Assembly: GCA_965235115.1 (NCBI GenBank)
Contig: OZ249436.1
Location: forward strand, 9,238,001 to 9,302,000
Direction of reading: 5' to 3'
Source of the DNA: Laetmonice hystrix
Taxonomy: Eukaryota
DNA: 64,000 nt
Shown piece after piece: positions 1-13,500 of this stretch. Position 1 is the stretch's first letter, and every line of letters begins with the position of its first letter. Position numbers and translations under genes: made by a program. A model generated the notes under the pieces. It was given only the letters and a program-made list of their open reading frames with translations. It did not search any database and was not told the DNA's origin.

Positions 1-63
1 AAGATATCGCCAGGTTTTGATTGGAACTGGAAGACCTACAGCCTACTGTAGACTGAGGCTATA

Positions 64-275
64 GATTCAGTGCCCCCAGATGGTACATCGCCCGTGATAA
101 CTTTTAAAATACCCACGAAATTTGGTCAAATGAAAGATCCCTGACCTTATCCCTAACCCCTAACCCTGCCCTACACCTCTCAAAAACATATCCCTATCCC
201 TGACCTTAACCTGAACCCCTGCCCAGATATTTTGCGGGGAAGTTTCCACGGGGGAATAACCACCCCCCCCCCCCT
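64..275. repeat. Degenerate CCCTAA/CCCTGA (telomere-like) tract inside a probable small non-autonomous element
   Basis: ccctgaccttatccctaacccctaaccctg and a second ccctatccctgaccttaacctgaacccctg block, followed by a GGGG-containing arm and poly-C. Confidence 0.4.
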
Positions 276-779
276 ACATAATCTAGAAATGTAGGCCTAC
301 TTTTACTTGAGTTGAGGCCTATCCCCTGGCTTATGTCCGTTTGAGTCTTTGAGATCATAGTCATACTACCAGTAGTTATAGTTATAAAGTCTGTAGGCCT
401 AGCCTATGGCCATTGGTGAAAGTTAACATAGTGCTCAGTTAATAAAAGCCAACATAAAGAAAATGGTACTGAGCTTTTGGGCCTCTTTTATATGAAGTCA
501 CTTTAACTCTGGGTTTACAACGTCATTTTGAGATGAGCAGAAAGGCAGTATCGTGTCTCCAGGAATGTGCCTGTGGGTACTTGAGTTGAAACGAAATGAT
601 GTGGGAGTTGGAGCACAATGGATAGCACTTTCGGCATTTAAAAAATTGTGATCATGCTCACATATATTTTAATATTTTACTTTAACAAATTATATTCTAA
701 AAGAAGTGTTTTAATCTCTAATATAGTATTGTAATGTTATAAAATAGAACCTGCAAGGAAATGTTGAGGAATTCTACTT

Positions 780-3000
780 TGCCAGGTGTTGCAAAAAACT
801 TATCCCCAGGCAGACATGATCCTACCAAGTTGAACTTTAAGATGAGTTGATCTGTTAGTGAACCACAAGGGAAGAGTGTGTCAACCCTTATCTGGAGGTG
901 TTAAGAGCACCTGTAGGTAGAAAACCATGCCCATGGATCAAACCATCTCTTTATCATGAGCTGTGATGCCTTTGATGTGAAATTTTTAAAAAACTTGGTT
1001 GCAGGCCAAACATTGTTTTACTGTTTATCAATAGCAAGTTTGCAGGTGTCAACTGACCTAGTTTCCTCAAGGAAAAGAAAGGATAAAACCTAGAGGTTGA
1101 AAAGCAATGATTACTGTTTGGTGTATGGTAATATGTGCATGTTTGGTTATTTGACACGGGTTACACTTGTGTTGCCGTACAATGTGAAAGATTTTAGTTC
1201 ATGTTCAGTGACATTGTTCCCCAGGCTTCTACAAAATTTCAAATTTTACTACGAGATTTGGTAAGTCTTCCTCCAAAGTCGAGTTTTTGGTGATGTTCAG
1301 TGATTTAAATGATGTACGATTTTGCTGTGCAAAGAAGACTTGGATAGTGCTTTTTGAATTTAATTACAGGTATCCTGAACTTATTTTGCGAATAATTGAT
1401 AATGCGCGAACCAGTGGATATCTTTTGAAAAGATGTAGTTCACCTCGTTAAAGTGTCACAGTGTGCCTTCAATTTGTAAGGCACAAAAATAGAGGGCGCT
1501 TAAAACTGGCAATGAATTCATGACAGCAGGTGTTTTAAATGCATCTCCTCACTCTGATTTATAAGGTAGAAGTAGAAGTGGACTTGATAAAAAAAATGTT
1601 GAGACGTAACAGTGAGCACTGTGATTTTACCTGTGTGATTTGAAAGCGTACCATTACCAGGACCAGGATTAAGGTATGTGAAAACTTGCATTGTGGCCAA
1701 GTTAAATGAACAGAGACCATGTCAATGGCTCATTTGTATTACGGCACGTCTGACAAGCATTTCAGTTGGACTCATAAACTCTTTTTGAGGTGTTCAGCAA
1801 GGAACAGTTATTTACAGTAGCATGTGAAGTGGATGATGTTTGCTGAGATGAAGGCATGTCAAACAGGTGCAAAGGGAAGTGTATAACTATCTCAAGGAAA
1901 ACACTAATGAGCCAGGGCGCACACACAGTCATGGGGGGGGGGGGGGGGGGGGGGGGAGAGGAGGTCATGGCACATTCCTCTACAAGGCTTCAAGCCGGTT
2001 GTGATACAGTTTCTTCTGATAGTTCATACTTTTTTTTATGAACTGGACAAGATATACAATGTTCAGATAATCAGTTGTACTAGGGAGGAATGCGTTGACA
2101 ACCACAGGCAAGGGGAATGGGGTTGAAGTTTACCCATGGCTTCTTCATTTGCTTGCTGGAGAGAGCGATATGTGGAACTTCCTCACAAAGCAATTGTTCC
2201 CATGTTGGCATATAGTGCATTATGGCATGTAGACTGAGGTGCACATTAGGCCCACCATTTAAGTAATGAATAGGTGGCCTGGCAAGGTGTCCATTGGTCT
2301 GGCACGCCATGTTTGGTCACTATAAAAGTAGACTAAGCATGGAAGAAGCACACCATTGATGGATTATTGTAAGAGGTTGTTTGTATTTCCAGTTGGCACC
2401 AAAGGAAAGGGAGAGGGCATTGATTGGGGGTCTTGTTGAAAGATGAGGTGTGTGGGCTGTGCAAATACCAGCGTATGAACAAGGAAAGGGTCTATATGTA
2501 TGCAGGATCAGTGATGGCTCATCTTCTATTGACAGCCCCAACACTTTATGGAGTTCAAATAGAGTGAAGATAAAGTGGCCGCGACTCATGAAGTGAGGCC
2601 CATTGTACTGTGTGCAGGGAAAATTAGACCAGGGATGATGGTGGAGGGAGCCATATGCACGCCTGGCGCAGAGCCTCCTGGTCGTTGGTAAACATGGCAT
2701 AGGAGGTGGCACATGCGGTCACCATGGCAACGAGGCCCACCTGAGGTGGCCAGGTGGGTGAGAGATTTATGTAGAGTTGGTAGGTTGATGTGGGCCAGGG
2801 TAAGGTTCAGAGATGGGGGTGGGAGGGGCAGGCAGTAGCCCTTGGCCACTGGGACTGGTCAGCTACACAATATTGAAAACCGATTTGATTAAGAGTTTGC
2901 TCATGTTTGCAAGATTCATGTAAAAAATGCCATGGGACAAAGTATTGTTGGAATAGAGGAATTATTATGTAAAGCTACTTGCCCGCTGATCCGGGTGCCG
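780..3000 (-). mobile_element. Highly degraded non-LTR retrotransposon (I/Nimb-like ORF2 remnant)
   Basis: Minus-strand fragments in collinear RT order: FIASF (~1520), YQLFAK (~1390; LFADD-like), IQKAL (~1350), FTLYG (~1180), TGALNTS (~910; GAFRTSP-like). Many stops and frameshifts; clade is inferred from remembered motifs. Confidence 0.45.
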
Positions 3001-4744
3001 CATAAAAAATTTGTAAAGAGTACCGCAACTTTACCATGACTGTCAGATCCCCATTTTTGTGGTGACTATAATTGCAATACACGAGTGTCAGTAAAACCAG
3101 AAGACGGGTAGTCAAACTCAAGGGATTTCTAGATTATAGGTTGTAGATACACAGAAGGTCATAGGTGACGGCTTTCACAGGGCTTGGTGACTGCCGTGCG
3201 TTTCCAGACTGGGAGGGATAGCCACATGGTGACTGCCAGGAGAGAGATACTGTGGGGAACAGTTCAAAGGCTATAGCCGCTCCCATGAGAACATAAGACT
3301 CAGACTGGAAAAGTAAGGTCATATCTTCCAGAAGGATTGGCTAGGTGACAGGAACAGTGAGGTATGGCCGTAGACGGAATCGCTAGGTGACTGGTCTAAC
3401 AAGCGATGTATTCCAGAAGGAATAGCTGTAGAGATGACTGGAGCAGTAAGCAATGTCTTCCCGTTCGGACTAGCCAAGTGACGTGGTATTTTTCCCTGAC
3501 GTCTGAGGACTACATCTATGTATAAGAAGAGCTTTGTGAACATCATGTGGTAGTAGTCAGGACGTGGGGCAGATTGGCGAATACACACGGCTCCTGCAGC
3601 TCTATGTGTTATGACAGGGAGACTTCACCAACACAACTTCATGCCCCTCACAGAGTACTCCCGGTAGGTATAGCTGCTACCCAGAACTGTAGACATATCA
3701 GCACCTCAAGAATCTTCACAGCCGGCTACATGTTAGACTTGACTCTAGTCTTGGTAATTTTGTTATCTTTAGAGATCTGTAATTGCTTTAGAGGATTGAA
3801 GAAGGTGATCAATATGAATTTTCTTATCTTGGGAAATGAAATTGCTAGTGTTATTTGAGGACAACAATCCATTTGGCCACAATGATGTATCCACATATTC
3901 ACAAATAAATTCTTGATTATCCAGTCCTATGCAGAGCAGAAAATAGTTAATTTGCAGTAATCATGCACTTTTAGGGAATGTTGTTGCTGCTGACATATTT
4001 TCCCCTTTTCCTTTTTGATTCCGACTCTAAGGGGTATTATTTTATCACTGACAGCTGTTAAATGTAGTCTCTAGTTAAACATGCCTCCAGGTAAAAGGAA
4101 CAATACCTTACATTAGTGTAAAACTGTAATGGCCACATTAGTGTGACACTTCTGATAAGAATAACGTTTCCAAGGCCTGTAGTACACTTTGAAACAAAAA
4201 CAGAGACCTTTTGATTTCTTACAAGAAGGAACAGTATTGTCTAGAGAGCTTGTAAATAACTTTAAAAAGTTTCTGACTTGGTTGATGCTGGACTGGACAA
4301 GAAAGCTTTACCAGCTTGTTAAGCTCTAAGTACATTGTGATGTATTGCTAATGCAGGTACATATATACCCGGTATATTACTCCATGCCTCGGGCCAAACA
4401 ATGATTTTTTTAAACAAAGGTATATTCTGACGACATGAATGTTAGAGGAATACAGTGAGCAACAGTTATGTTTTGGTTCTGCCAACGAGACTACATGAGG
4501 CTCTTCACTGAACTATCCACCGTGTACTACCTATTCCCAGGCTTTAGGTAAAAAAGTCAGCATTGCACGGCGATATGTGCAGTTTAGGTAATATTGTCGA
4601 TTTCAAGATATTTGTGAAGTGTGTGCAATCATTTTCTAGGCACACTTCAATCCGTAAAGTTATGGGGACCATCGAGGTCAGGTACCTGTCTATAAAGGGA
4701 CGTCCGCTGCAAGGATGGGGCAGGTGAACATCCGAGTTAAAAAC

Positions 4745-5040
4745 CAGGCCTGTGATTTTTCCAGTTTTTGCCGGATTTCTGGCTTTTTTTTTGTATCAAA
4801 AAGTTACCCCTCTGTGATTGGTGCAAATCCGTTGAGATCTTATGTATGTAGGGAGGTGGGGGTAAAACTTGTCCAAATTGGTCAAAACTCGCCAGTGAAT
4901 AGTTGGAAATCATTCCAGTATTTACAATAAATAAAACCTCCAAAATATAATCAGTTTGCACCATTTTAAACACGAAAATGTCGCATTTTTCGCTGAAAGA
5001 GGGGACACCCCTCCCACACCTGCCCCTAGTTGCACTACAA
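4745..5040. mobile_element. Non-autonomous DNA-element-like repeat, copy 1 (related terminus at 22244)
   Basis: caggcctgtgatttttccagtttttgccggatttctggcttttttt resembles cagagatgtgattgtccgttttttccggaaatccgttttttttt at 22244. Confidence 0.35.
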
Positions 5041-8000
5041 AAGTTCAGGCTTCTTTCCTGATGACACTCTTGAAAAACACGCATTTTCATTGAGTGCAAG
5101 TGTGTCTTTATGTTCAGTTTTGATTTGTAGGCGAATAAAAAGAGTCAACCGAACTTGCAGGTTTTTGTCATTTTAAAGATCATTCTGTTAGCAAGACGAG
5201 TTTGTGAATTGGGGGCGCTGTCTGACAGGGAGGAATCATCTGTCGACTTTGAGCTGAAGCAGTGCCGTTCGACGGGAAGTATCATGAGGCAGTGAAGGCC
5301 TATATTTGGGGTAGTTGGTCCATTTATCAGGCTTGACACGGCAGGGGTGTACAGTGCATGGGGTCCGACCTTTCACACCTCACTTGGCACAACAGTCTGA
5401 CAGGCTAGAGTTGTGAGTGACAGCACAGCTGCCTCTTTGGCTGCTGCTCCTCGGCAGCAGCGGCTCAGCGCGTCCATCCCTCCTGCCGACCCAGTCTCCC
5501 CACCCGATTATACCAGTCGGCCTCTCACACATCAGCACTTCCATCAGGTCACTCTACTTGATACCTACCTTATAATTGTATGAAATATGAGACCAGGGAG
5601 GATGTGAGGTTGAAAGAACTACAGACCTGGAGTCGTGAGTTGCAGCAGCAGATTTACCGTGCAGGGGCTGTTGCCGGGAGGAATTGCCAGTCCAGTGTTG
5701 ATCTATGGCAGACCAATGCTCATAATAACTCGAGACACTGAAGCCGCAAGTTGACAAGATTGTCAGTAGACCAGGCAGAGGGCAGCACCACTCTAACATA
5801 TCTGCATCCCCTTCTCATGTGTTAAGTGGTTCTAAAGGATGTGCCGACATTCTCTTAAAAAGTCAAACAAATTAAACTTTATACATGCCCTGGTTTGGGA
5901 GCCTTTTTGTATTAACGCAATATGTGCCCAAGCAATCCATCAGCTCTTTGGTCTTCGTTTGGTAAGGCGTGTTCCACATTTGTAGACATAATTTATTTGA
6001 TCTGAAAAATCTGGATGAGGTTGATATGAAAACATGAGATGTTATTCGTCTTTCAGTCTTACTCGGTAGTTCTGGGTCAGGTCACACGGGTGCAACATAG
6101 GAAGTATAAAAAATGGGCTGTCATTTAATATCTCAGAGATGAGAGATTTCCGCCGATTTGTCTCCGTTTCTAACATTCAGTTAACACGATAAGGCAAGTT
6201 ATAGCAAGGTGCTTGTTGGCGTTGTTTTTTATGATTGGCTACTATCAAACGGATCTGTTTACACTTGTTATCGTGGCTGGAACGTTCTAGAATTAATTTA
6301 TCATCATGTATAATAAGGGGCATGAATTGACTTGTTTGACAGAGAGAACTGTAGGTGATTGAACGTAAAACAAAATACAACGCCACGTCAGACGTGGTGT
6401 AAACTTATAGAACATTGATGATGTCCATTTCTGTGAGCTGACATCTTGTTTGGGTGTGTGTTCTAGTACTACCGGTACCTACTAAGCAGGGCTCCAAACG
6501 GCCCTATATTTCTATTTTAAAAATTCTCCTGTACATGTATCTCCATAGTTTTCAAATGCCCTATAATCCCAATATTTTTGACTAGATTTTAAAACAGCAT
6601 TTAACAGTCATGTACTGTAAATAACAGGTCATATGGTCATTCATTTGACACCATTCTTTGTGACGTAGAAAGATCAAATCAAGTCATCTGTACTTTTAGC
6701 ACATTTTTGAAGGGGCTATAACTTCAAAACAGTGCAAGATAGGGCTAAACCAGTACAAATATCATCGTTTTGCTGCAAGTAATTACAAAAAAACAGGTAA
6801 AAGATGTCTTCTGAATTCAATGGAAAATATCCAATTTTCTCTGCAAATATCACAAGGAAATATGAACCAAAATACAGGTTTACGATATTATCGCTTAAAA
6901 CTCGCACATTATCGCCATAGAGTAGAATTTTTGGATCTGCCCTCTACTGGCCCGAAATTGTTTTCTGTCAATATTTTTCTATCATTATCCCTAAGTAGCC
7001 AAACTAGCCATTCAAAATACTTTAAAGTCTGAAGAACTGTTAAGCTCGGAATCTGAAGTAATGTGTCTATTTATGCCCCTAAGTAGGTCTAATGTGCAAT
7101 GAAATAGTGACCACTTGCCTTGCCGGCATACTCACCATGGCTGTGTGGGGTACTGCAGTTTGTCCAGTTTCTGGCTAGTGTTATCGGTTGGAATACTGGG
7201 GTGGCCTCTGGCCTCAAACAGGTCAGCATCAAGTAGCAGTGGTACTGCTGACGGAATTCTTCTGAAACCAGTAGGTTAAGTAGCATTCTGGGCAGTGAAA
7301 GGCCAAGCTAAATGATTACGTTTCTTAACGGTCTGGACATTAAATGCTGCAGACATCTCCCAGGTGGGACTGTGAGATTGGCCTGAGGGCTTGAAGCATA
7401 AAACGTAGCATCTTCTGTACTTGCCTTGACTTCAGAGTCAGAATGACTTGCAAGGCAAGATATAGATGAGAAGCTTTGACCCACTTTGACTCTATGGATC
7501 CAAGCCAAATTGGTATTAATGGGAGTTGAGCAGCTACAATTTGGGCCAGGGCGAATGGCAGGCACTGTAACACATTCATCCTATAGACCCATTCAGTGTC
7601 ATGTCATGCAAGTGTGTTTGTGACAGACGTACTTCGTCGGGGGAGGAGAGGGGGGAGGGGGGGGGGAGTGTTTGCAAGACTGGTTTGAGTTTTTAAGGAT
7701 TTTAAGTGTCTAACTAAGGGTGTCCAGGATATGGTGAATCCTATCTCTCTAACTCCTTCCTGTGTAGATGAGTTGAGAACCATCATCCACGATCATGCAT
7801 TGAAGGTAATGCCTACACTGGAATTGATACCGCCATAGTTCAATCATCATTTTATGATTAACATATGCATTGAACGTTGAGGCATTTCTGGCCAAAGAAA
7901 ATTACTTGGTGTCGGGCTATGGAGTTTGGGTTAAACGATGTTCTAGTGCTGTTTGCTGAATGTAGTCCATCCAGAACATTTTGAAAAGTTAAAACTAAAA

Positions 8001-8741
8001 CCCACTTTTGTTAGACTTGTTGAAGGGCAGAAACTGAAATATGGCGGTCATTTTCTTGAGACGTACGTTTCATTACCAGTCAGTGTGATGATTTGTTACA
8101 TCGCTTGGCTTAACTTCATATTGTTGGCTTAGTGTGTACGTGTACTATGGAGTTAGCTTTCGAACGTAACAGCTGAGATAAGTTATCTCAAGAGATCCCT
8201 CATCACACCTTGGTAGAAATCATGGATATCGATTAAAAAGATTGCAGATTTCAAGTTTACGCATGGATTGGTCACGTAGAAGTGCTCATTTAAATCAGCT
8301 TTTTAAAAAAATAGTTTGAAACCTTGCTATCAGGCAGATTGCCAAGTTCATGACTGAACGCTTACCTGCTCGGTAACGTGACAGGCAGGTGTTTTTGAGT
8401 TGATTCCATCAGTGGCAGATTTCGAATAGAATATGAAATGTGTTTGTAAAGTTGATAACGTATCGTACGTCATTGACTGATAGGAACTCTGTCTCAGTGG
8501 GATGTGGACACACTACCGTGTCAAGGGTTTGTGGTGAGCTGTGATTTACAGCAGACAGGAGGGTCCTTGGGTGGCCAAGGTTGTAGATCTATACTACCTT
8601 ACCGGCCGGATGAATCGGCCTAGTCCTGAGACTAGTCACCTAAAGGACCGCCCGTGCACAGCATAGAGCTACATGATAGGAGCGTGAATTCGATTGATTG
8701 ATTGATTGATTCGAACTGGTAGAAATTTTAGAAAAAATAGT

Positions 8742-8880
8742 CAATGGCGGATCCGGGGTGGGGGTGGGGGTGGTGGTGGGTATTGGGGGTGGTAGGGGCG
8801 CCCTCCCCCCCCCCGTCTGGCTGTCGCACGATAAATTTTGTCTTTTGAAAAGAACTTTTAAAACATAATTATTTGAGCTA
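8742..8880. mobile_element. MITE-like fragment with CA(A/G)TGGCGGAT terminus followed by G-run and C-run
   Basis: The same terminus and G-run/C-run layout occurs at 54931, and its reverse complement GATCCGCCCCTG at 53471-53482. Confidence 0.45.
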
Positions 8881-9745
8881 GGCCTATCTTTTCTTATGGC
8901 CCATTGATGATACCCATGTGCTCTGACCCAAAGTAACAGTGGGTCAGAGACTCGACATATCTTTGTGTCAGTGTCATGTCAACGGAGATCCTCTAAATTT
9001 AGCTCCTGCTAGTTCTAGAGAGATTTACAAACGCTGCAGGGGGTATCCTGCTCACTAGTTCAGTGCGGAGCAATCCCTGTTTTTCATCACTCGTCTGTAA
9101 TGCAACGCCACTTCATTATAAAGAGGAGCACTCATTGGAAACCAGTCGACGTTTTACTGATTGAGCTTATTTGATAAAGATCTGCATTCTGGATAAAAAA
9201 AAGTGTATAAACATTATTAGCATGCAGAGGAGACAGAGTGACGTGTGTAGACTATCATGGAGTTCATTGTTAGATTGTCTGCTGGATTACAGCAGGTCAG
9301 AAGATGATGAGAGTGTAGTTAATGTCTGCAGTAGAGCAGCTTTATCAACAAGAAACTACCATGGGTGACTGAACAACTGAACCAAGAACGATCCACTCGT
9401 AGGGAGGGTGGTTGATTGTGGGAACAGCTGGTTGTGGCCTACTTTCTTATTCACTGGTTTAGATTGTAGATCTGTGTTGATGTGTACATGACCCCCTCCC
9501 ACTAACCGCCAACAGTACCAGTTCTACTAAATCAACCTTCAAACTATAAACTGTGGCGGGGAATGGGTGGAAACATCCAAAAGAACAGTACGAAGGAAGT
9601 ATGTCAATAGATAAGAGGGGTGTTAAAGGTCGGGCCACTGGTTAGTTGTACAAATATTTTTTGCCACTGTACTCCAGTTAAGTGCACTGTGGGATTGAGG
9701 CCATTAATACCAGCAATAGTGTTAATTTCTATCTCAGAGGCCAGG

Positions 9746-10590
9746 TAACTGGTAAGACCTTCCTATCCCTGAGGCCAGGTAAGGCCTTCCTATCCCTGAG
9801 GCCAGGTAAGGCCTTCCTATCCCTGAGGCCAGGGAAGGCCTTCCTATCCCTGAGGCCAGGTAAGGCCTTCCTATCCCTGAGGCCAGGTAAGGCCTTCTTA
9901 TCCCTGAGGCCAGGTAAGGCCTTCCTATCCCTGAGGCCAGGTAAGGCCTTCCTATCCCTGAGGCCAGGTAAGGCCTTCTTATCCCTGAGGCCAGGTAAGG
10001 CCTTCCTATCCCTGAGGCCAGGTAAGGCCTTCCTATCCCTGAGGCCAGGTAAGGCCTTCCTATCCCTGAGGCCAGGGAAGGCCTTCCTATCCCTGAGGCC
10101 AGGTAAGGCCTTCCTATCCCTGAGGCCAGGTAAGGCCTTCTTATCCCTGAGGCCAGGTAAGGCCTTCCTATCCCTGAGGCCAGGTAAGGCCTTCCTATCC
10201 CTGAGGCCAGGTAAGGCCTTCCTATCCCTGAGGCCAGGTAAGGCCTTCCTATCCCTGAGGCCAGGGAAGGCCTTCCTATCCCTGAGGCCAGGTAAGGCCT
10301 TCTTATCCCTGAGGCCAGGTAAGGCCTTCCTATCCCTGAGGCCAGGTAAGGCCTTCCTATCCCTGAGGCCAGGGAAGGCCTTCCTATCGCTGAGGCCAGG
10401 GAAGGCCTTCCTATCCCTGAGGCCAGGTAAGGCCTTCCTATCCCTGAGGCCAGGTAAGGCCTTCTTATCCCTGAGGCCAGGTAAGGCCTTCCTATCCCTG
10501 AGGCCAGGGAAGGCCTTCCTATCCATGAGGCCAGGTAAGGCCTTCCTATCCCTGAGGCCAGGGAAGGCCTTCCTATCCCTGAGGCTAGGC
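9746..10590. repeat. Minisatellite, 27-bp unit GGCCAGGTAAGGCCTTCCTATCCCTGA, about 31 copies
   Basis: 27-bp periodicity seen directly; the LRPGKAFLS repeat ORFs are a by-product. Confidence 0.98.
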
Positions 10591-13500
10591 AATGCCTCAT
10601 CAGGGTACGCTGACATCATTCTGGCCTGCTGTCATTGGTCCATGATATCGATAGGGTAACTCTAACCTTTAAGTACTTTATAAATGAGTTACAGCAAGAA
10701 ATAGAGCTGCTGTTGTGCAATCTGTGCCACTGTTCAGGTTATTGTGTGTTATGTATCCGTCATTATAAACTTTGTGAACTGTAGAATTTATAATCCTGAA
10801 TGTTGCATCCTCTTTATAGAATTGCCATGTTTATAAGGGTAACATATAAGTACCTGGTATGGCGGAGGCATCCAAGATACGGTCAGCACGAAATAAGATT
10901 AAGTGAGGGGGGTGGGGGGATTGTTGCCTTACAAAAGTAGTGGAATTCATTTTATTGGGAGAATGGGTAAGTAAGAGAATAGTATTAAATGGCAGGAAGA
11001 TTATTGCATTAACTGTAGTGGATAAACACACAAAGGTCACTGGTTCTTTCGTGACCCATTTAAATTGTAAATTAGAAAGCGCGGGTACCTTTTTTTCTGT
11101 TGGGGATTACTTGATTTAATATAAAGATTTTTCACGTCAGTAATAATAGGAGTCAAACCTGCAGACAATCGAAAGCAAATGGGGTTAAAACACGTGCTCT
11201 TATTTCATTGTAAATGTTAGGGGTGCCAATCATGTAAGTGCAAGATGGGAAACGCCGATAGACATCAGAGGGTAACTATGGTAAGTCGGGGGAATTATGG
11301 AAGACACCCGTGTTTGTGGGTGCTCAAGCGACCCAGGTTTCGCTCGGCAAATCAAAGGGAAGTTACATAGAATGGGCCACAAAGAACTAGGTAAAACATG
11401 TACCCAGTAACATACTCTCACATTTGGCGCTGTGCTGTTAGCAGCATAATTTGTTACTTTTTACAGATTCATTGTCAATAACATGTGACGAACACAATGG
11501 CCTAAGCGCGCTAATAGGTGAGGGAGACCCCCCCCCTCACCCCCCTCACCCTGCTACCCCCCCCCCCCCACACACACACACTAACTGGGCCTGGTCGAAC
11601 TGTCAGCCGTATTGAAAACTGGCGCTTGGCTTGTATAGTGGTAACATTCCGGGTCATAATGCCGGTTAAAAAAACTGACGACCTGAAAAAGGTGACAAGA
11701 GATGGTGATGGGAGTGTAGAGTTTGACTGTTGGTAGTTGACGGGGATCAGTGAGAACAGGCCTCAGCCACTCTTCATGGCGGTCAGTTTTTATCTTGTTA
11801 ACACGCCATGGCCTCGTGTAAATTGGCCTGCAGGCAGAATTTAATTGCCATTGTTGCTTCAACTCGACAATGGAGCATGTGCCACACTATCCATTCAGAC
11901 TTTTATTAATGATACTAGTCGCTGAATGATGGGGAAACATAATTTTGAAGGGAGCTTTAGAAAGATCTGTGTTTGAGACAAATAAATGTGTTACATTTAG
12001 ATAAAGTCAGAAAAATGGTCGCTTACAGAGCTCAGTCTTTAGATATGTCGGTTATTCTTCTAGAGACGGGTGTTGGTTCCTAAAGTGGCTGCAGCAGGGT
12101 GGATGGGCCACCACCAGAACTTTATGGGGCGGGTATTCATTGACTATTCAACACAAAACTTACATTCAATAACCTGGGGTTATAATAAACATCCATGTAT
12201 GACATACAGAGGACTTATTTCTTTGGCGAGATCAAGATAATACCGATCGGGTGCACAAAGTAGATAACCAGAAACTTTTTAAGTAGTCAGGTAAAAGAAT
12301 TTTTTGAATAAGCAGTGCCGTAAATAAAGTATATTCTTGACGTATACGATAACGACCCGTATACTGTTCTTAGAATTCCATTAGATGTATGAATGAGTCG
12401 GTAGTACGCATAGAGTGAGGGTCATTATAGAAAAAGTCGCTGTGTTGTGGGGTATGAGAGTTGTGTTGATGTTTAGAAGGGGAAAGTCATCATGGGGTGC
12501 AATGGCTTCACGAGGTATTGGCTTCCTTTGGTTGATAGGTTATAGGGGGCACAGATGTGGGGTAAGTCTGCCCCTATCTAATGGCAAGCATGTAGCCAAC
12601 CAGTCTGACTGGCTGCCCTATGGTAATCAGTGTGGTGCCCCAACAACAAATTACCACCTCTAGGGTTACACCCATCCAACACTAGTAGTCATTACACCCA
12701 GTTCAGCCTCCTGTCCCTGCTGCAGACCCGGTCACACCAATCCACCACCAGCGTGGCTGGCAGGATCTTGCCCCTTTTGATCGCGTATGAAGTATGAGCT
12801 CGGCCACTTCGATACCTTGGTTTCCATCCCGACGTCATGTTCCTAGTCTGGGCGGTCGGCAGCCAGCCACCCCGCCGCGCATTCCCAACCCAGTACGTCT
12901 GCTGTACACGAAATGTGCGGTAACTGACACCCGTCTGTGATGGGCGATAGTGTGATAACGTACGTGATGAATGGTGACATGTATCGGGAGGCTGCTGATC
13001 TAAACGTCTAACTCATTTCGTAACCCACAAAACAGACGGCAACCCGGCGTTTCATTAAACTTCACACGAACCAATCTAAATACTGAATGCACCCTCCCAA
13101 GAACGTTGAAACGTTGCAGATTGGAAAAGGCTACGGAAATGTTCGTGTTTAGCCCAGTTTTTATGAAACTGAACCTTTGATAGCTCGGGTAATGGGATGG
13201 TACTATTGGATACGTGAGATACAAGACTTGAGAATGGCTCGTTCCATTCTCAGAACCATGTTTCATTAATTAAGTCTCCGTTTAAATATCAGTGGAGTTT
13301 GTGGAGACTTGGGTCATTGTTATTTTGTTAGCGTGCGTGATTGCACATGGATACTAGTTCACAGAACATTGACATGGGCATGATGCTCAGTGCCTGAGGC
13401 CAGTCATAACGTTGGCCCCAGTCACCAGATAAACCGGGGCGAAACTATGGACAGGTTACGTGCGTCTCATTGGGTTTAGTGCTGAAGTCATTATAAATTA

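Noticed and set aside
1933-1956. 24-nt poly-G run and many other G/C homopolymers
   Set aside because: Common throughout the window, length-unreliable in assemblies, and several lie within repeat fragments.
5922-5961. MCPSNPSALWSSF followed by gtaagg as a phase-1 start exon
   Set aside because: Phase fits, but it is only 13 codons with no hydrophobic core.
7300-7620. L1/Tx1-like RT fragment (RMNVLQCLP) on the minus strand
   Set aside because: One short resemblance with no convincing collinear motifs.
9682-10659. 325-aa, 296-aa and 288-aa ORFs
   Set aside because: They are stop-free readings of a 27-bp unit on both strands, with no splice or homology support.
12502-12571. MASRGIGFLWLIGYRGHRCG followed by gtaagt as the BMPR1 signal-peptide exon
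   Set aside because: The donor is phase 0 but 14740 requires phase 1, and the hydrophobic core is poor.
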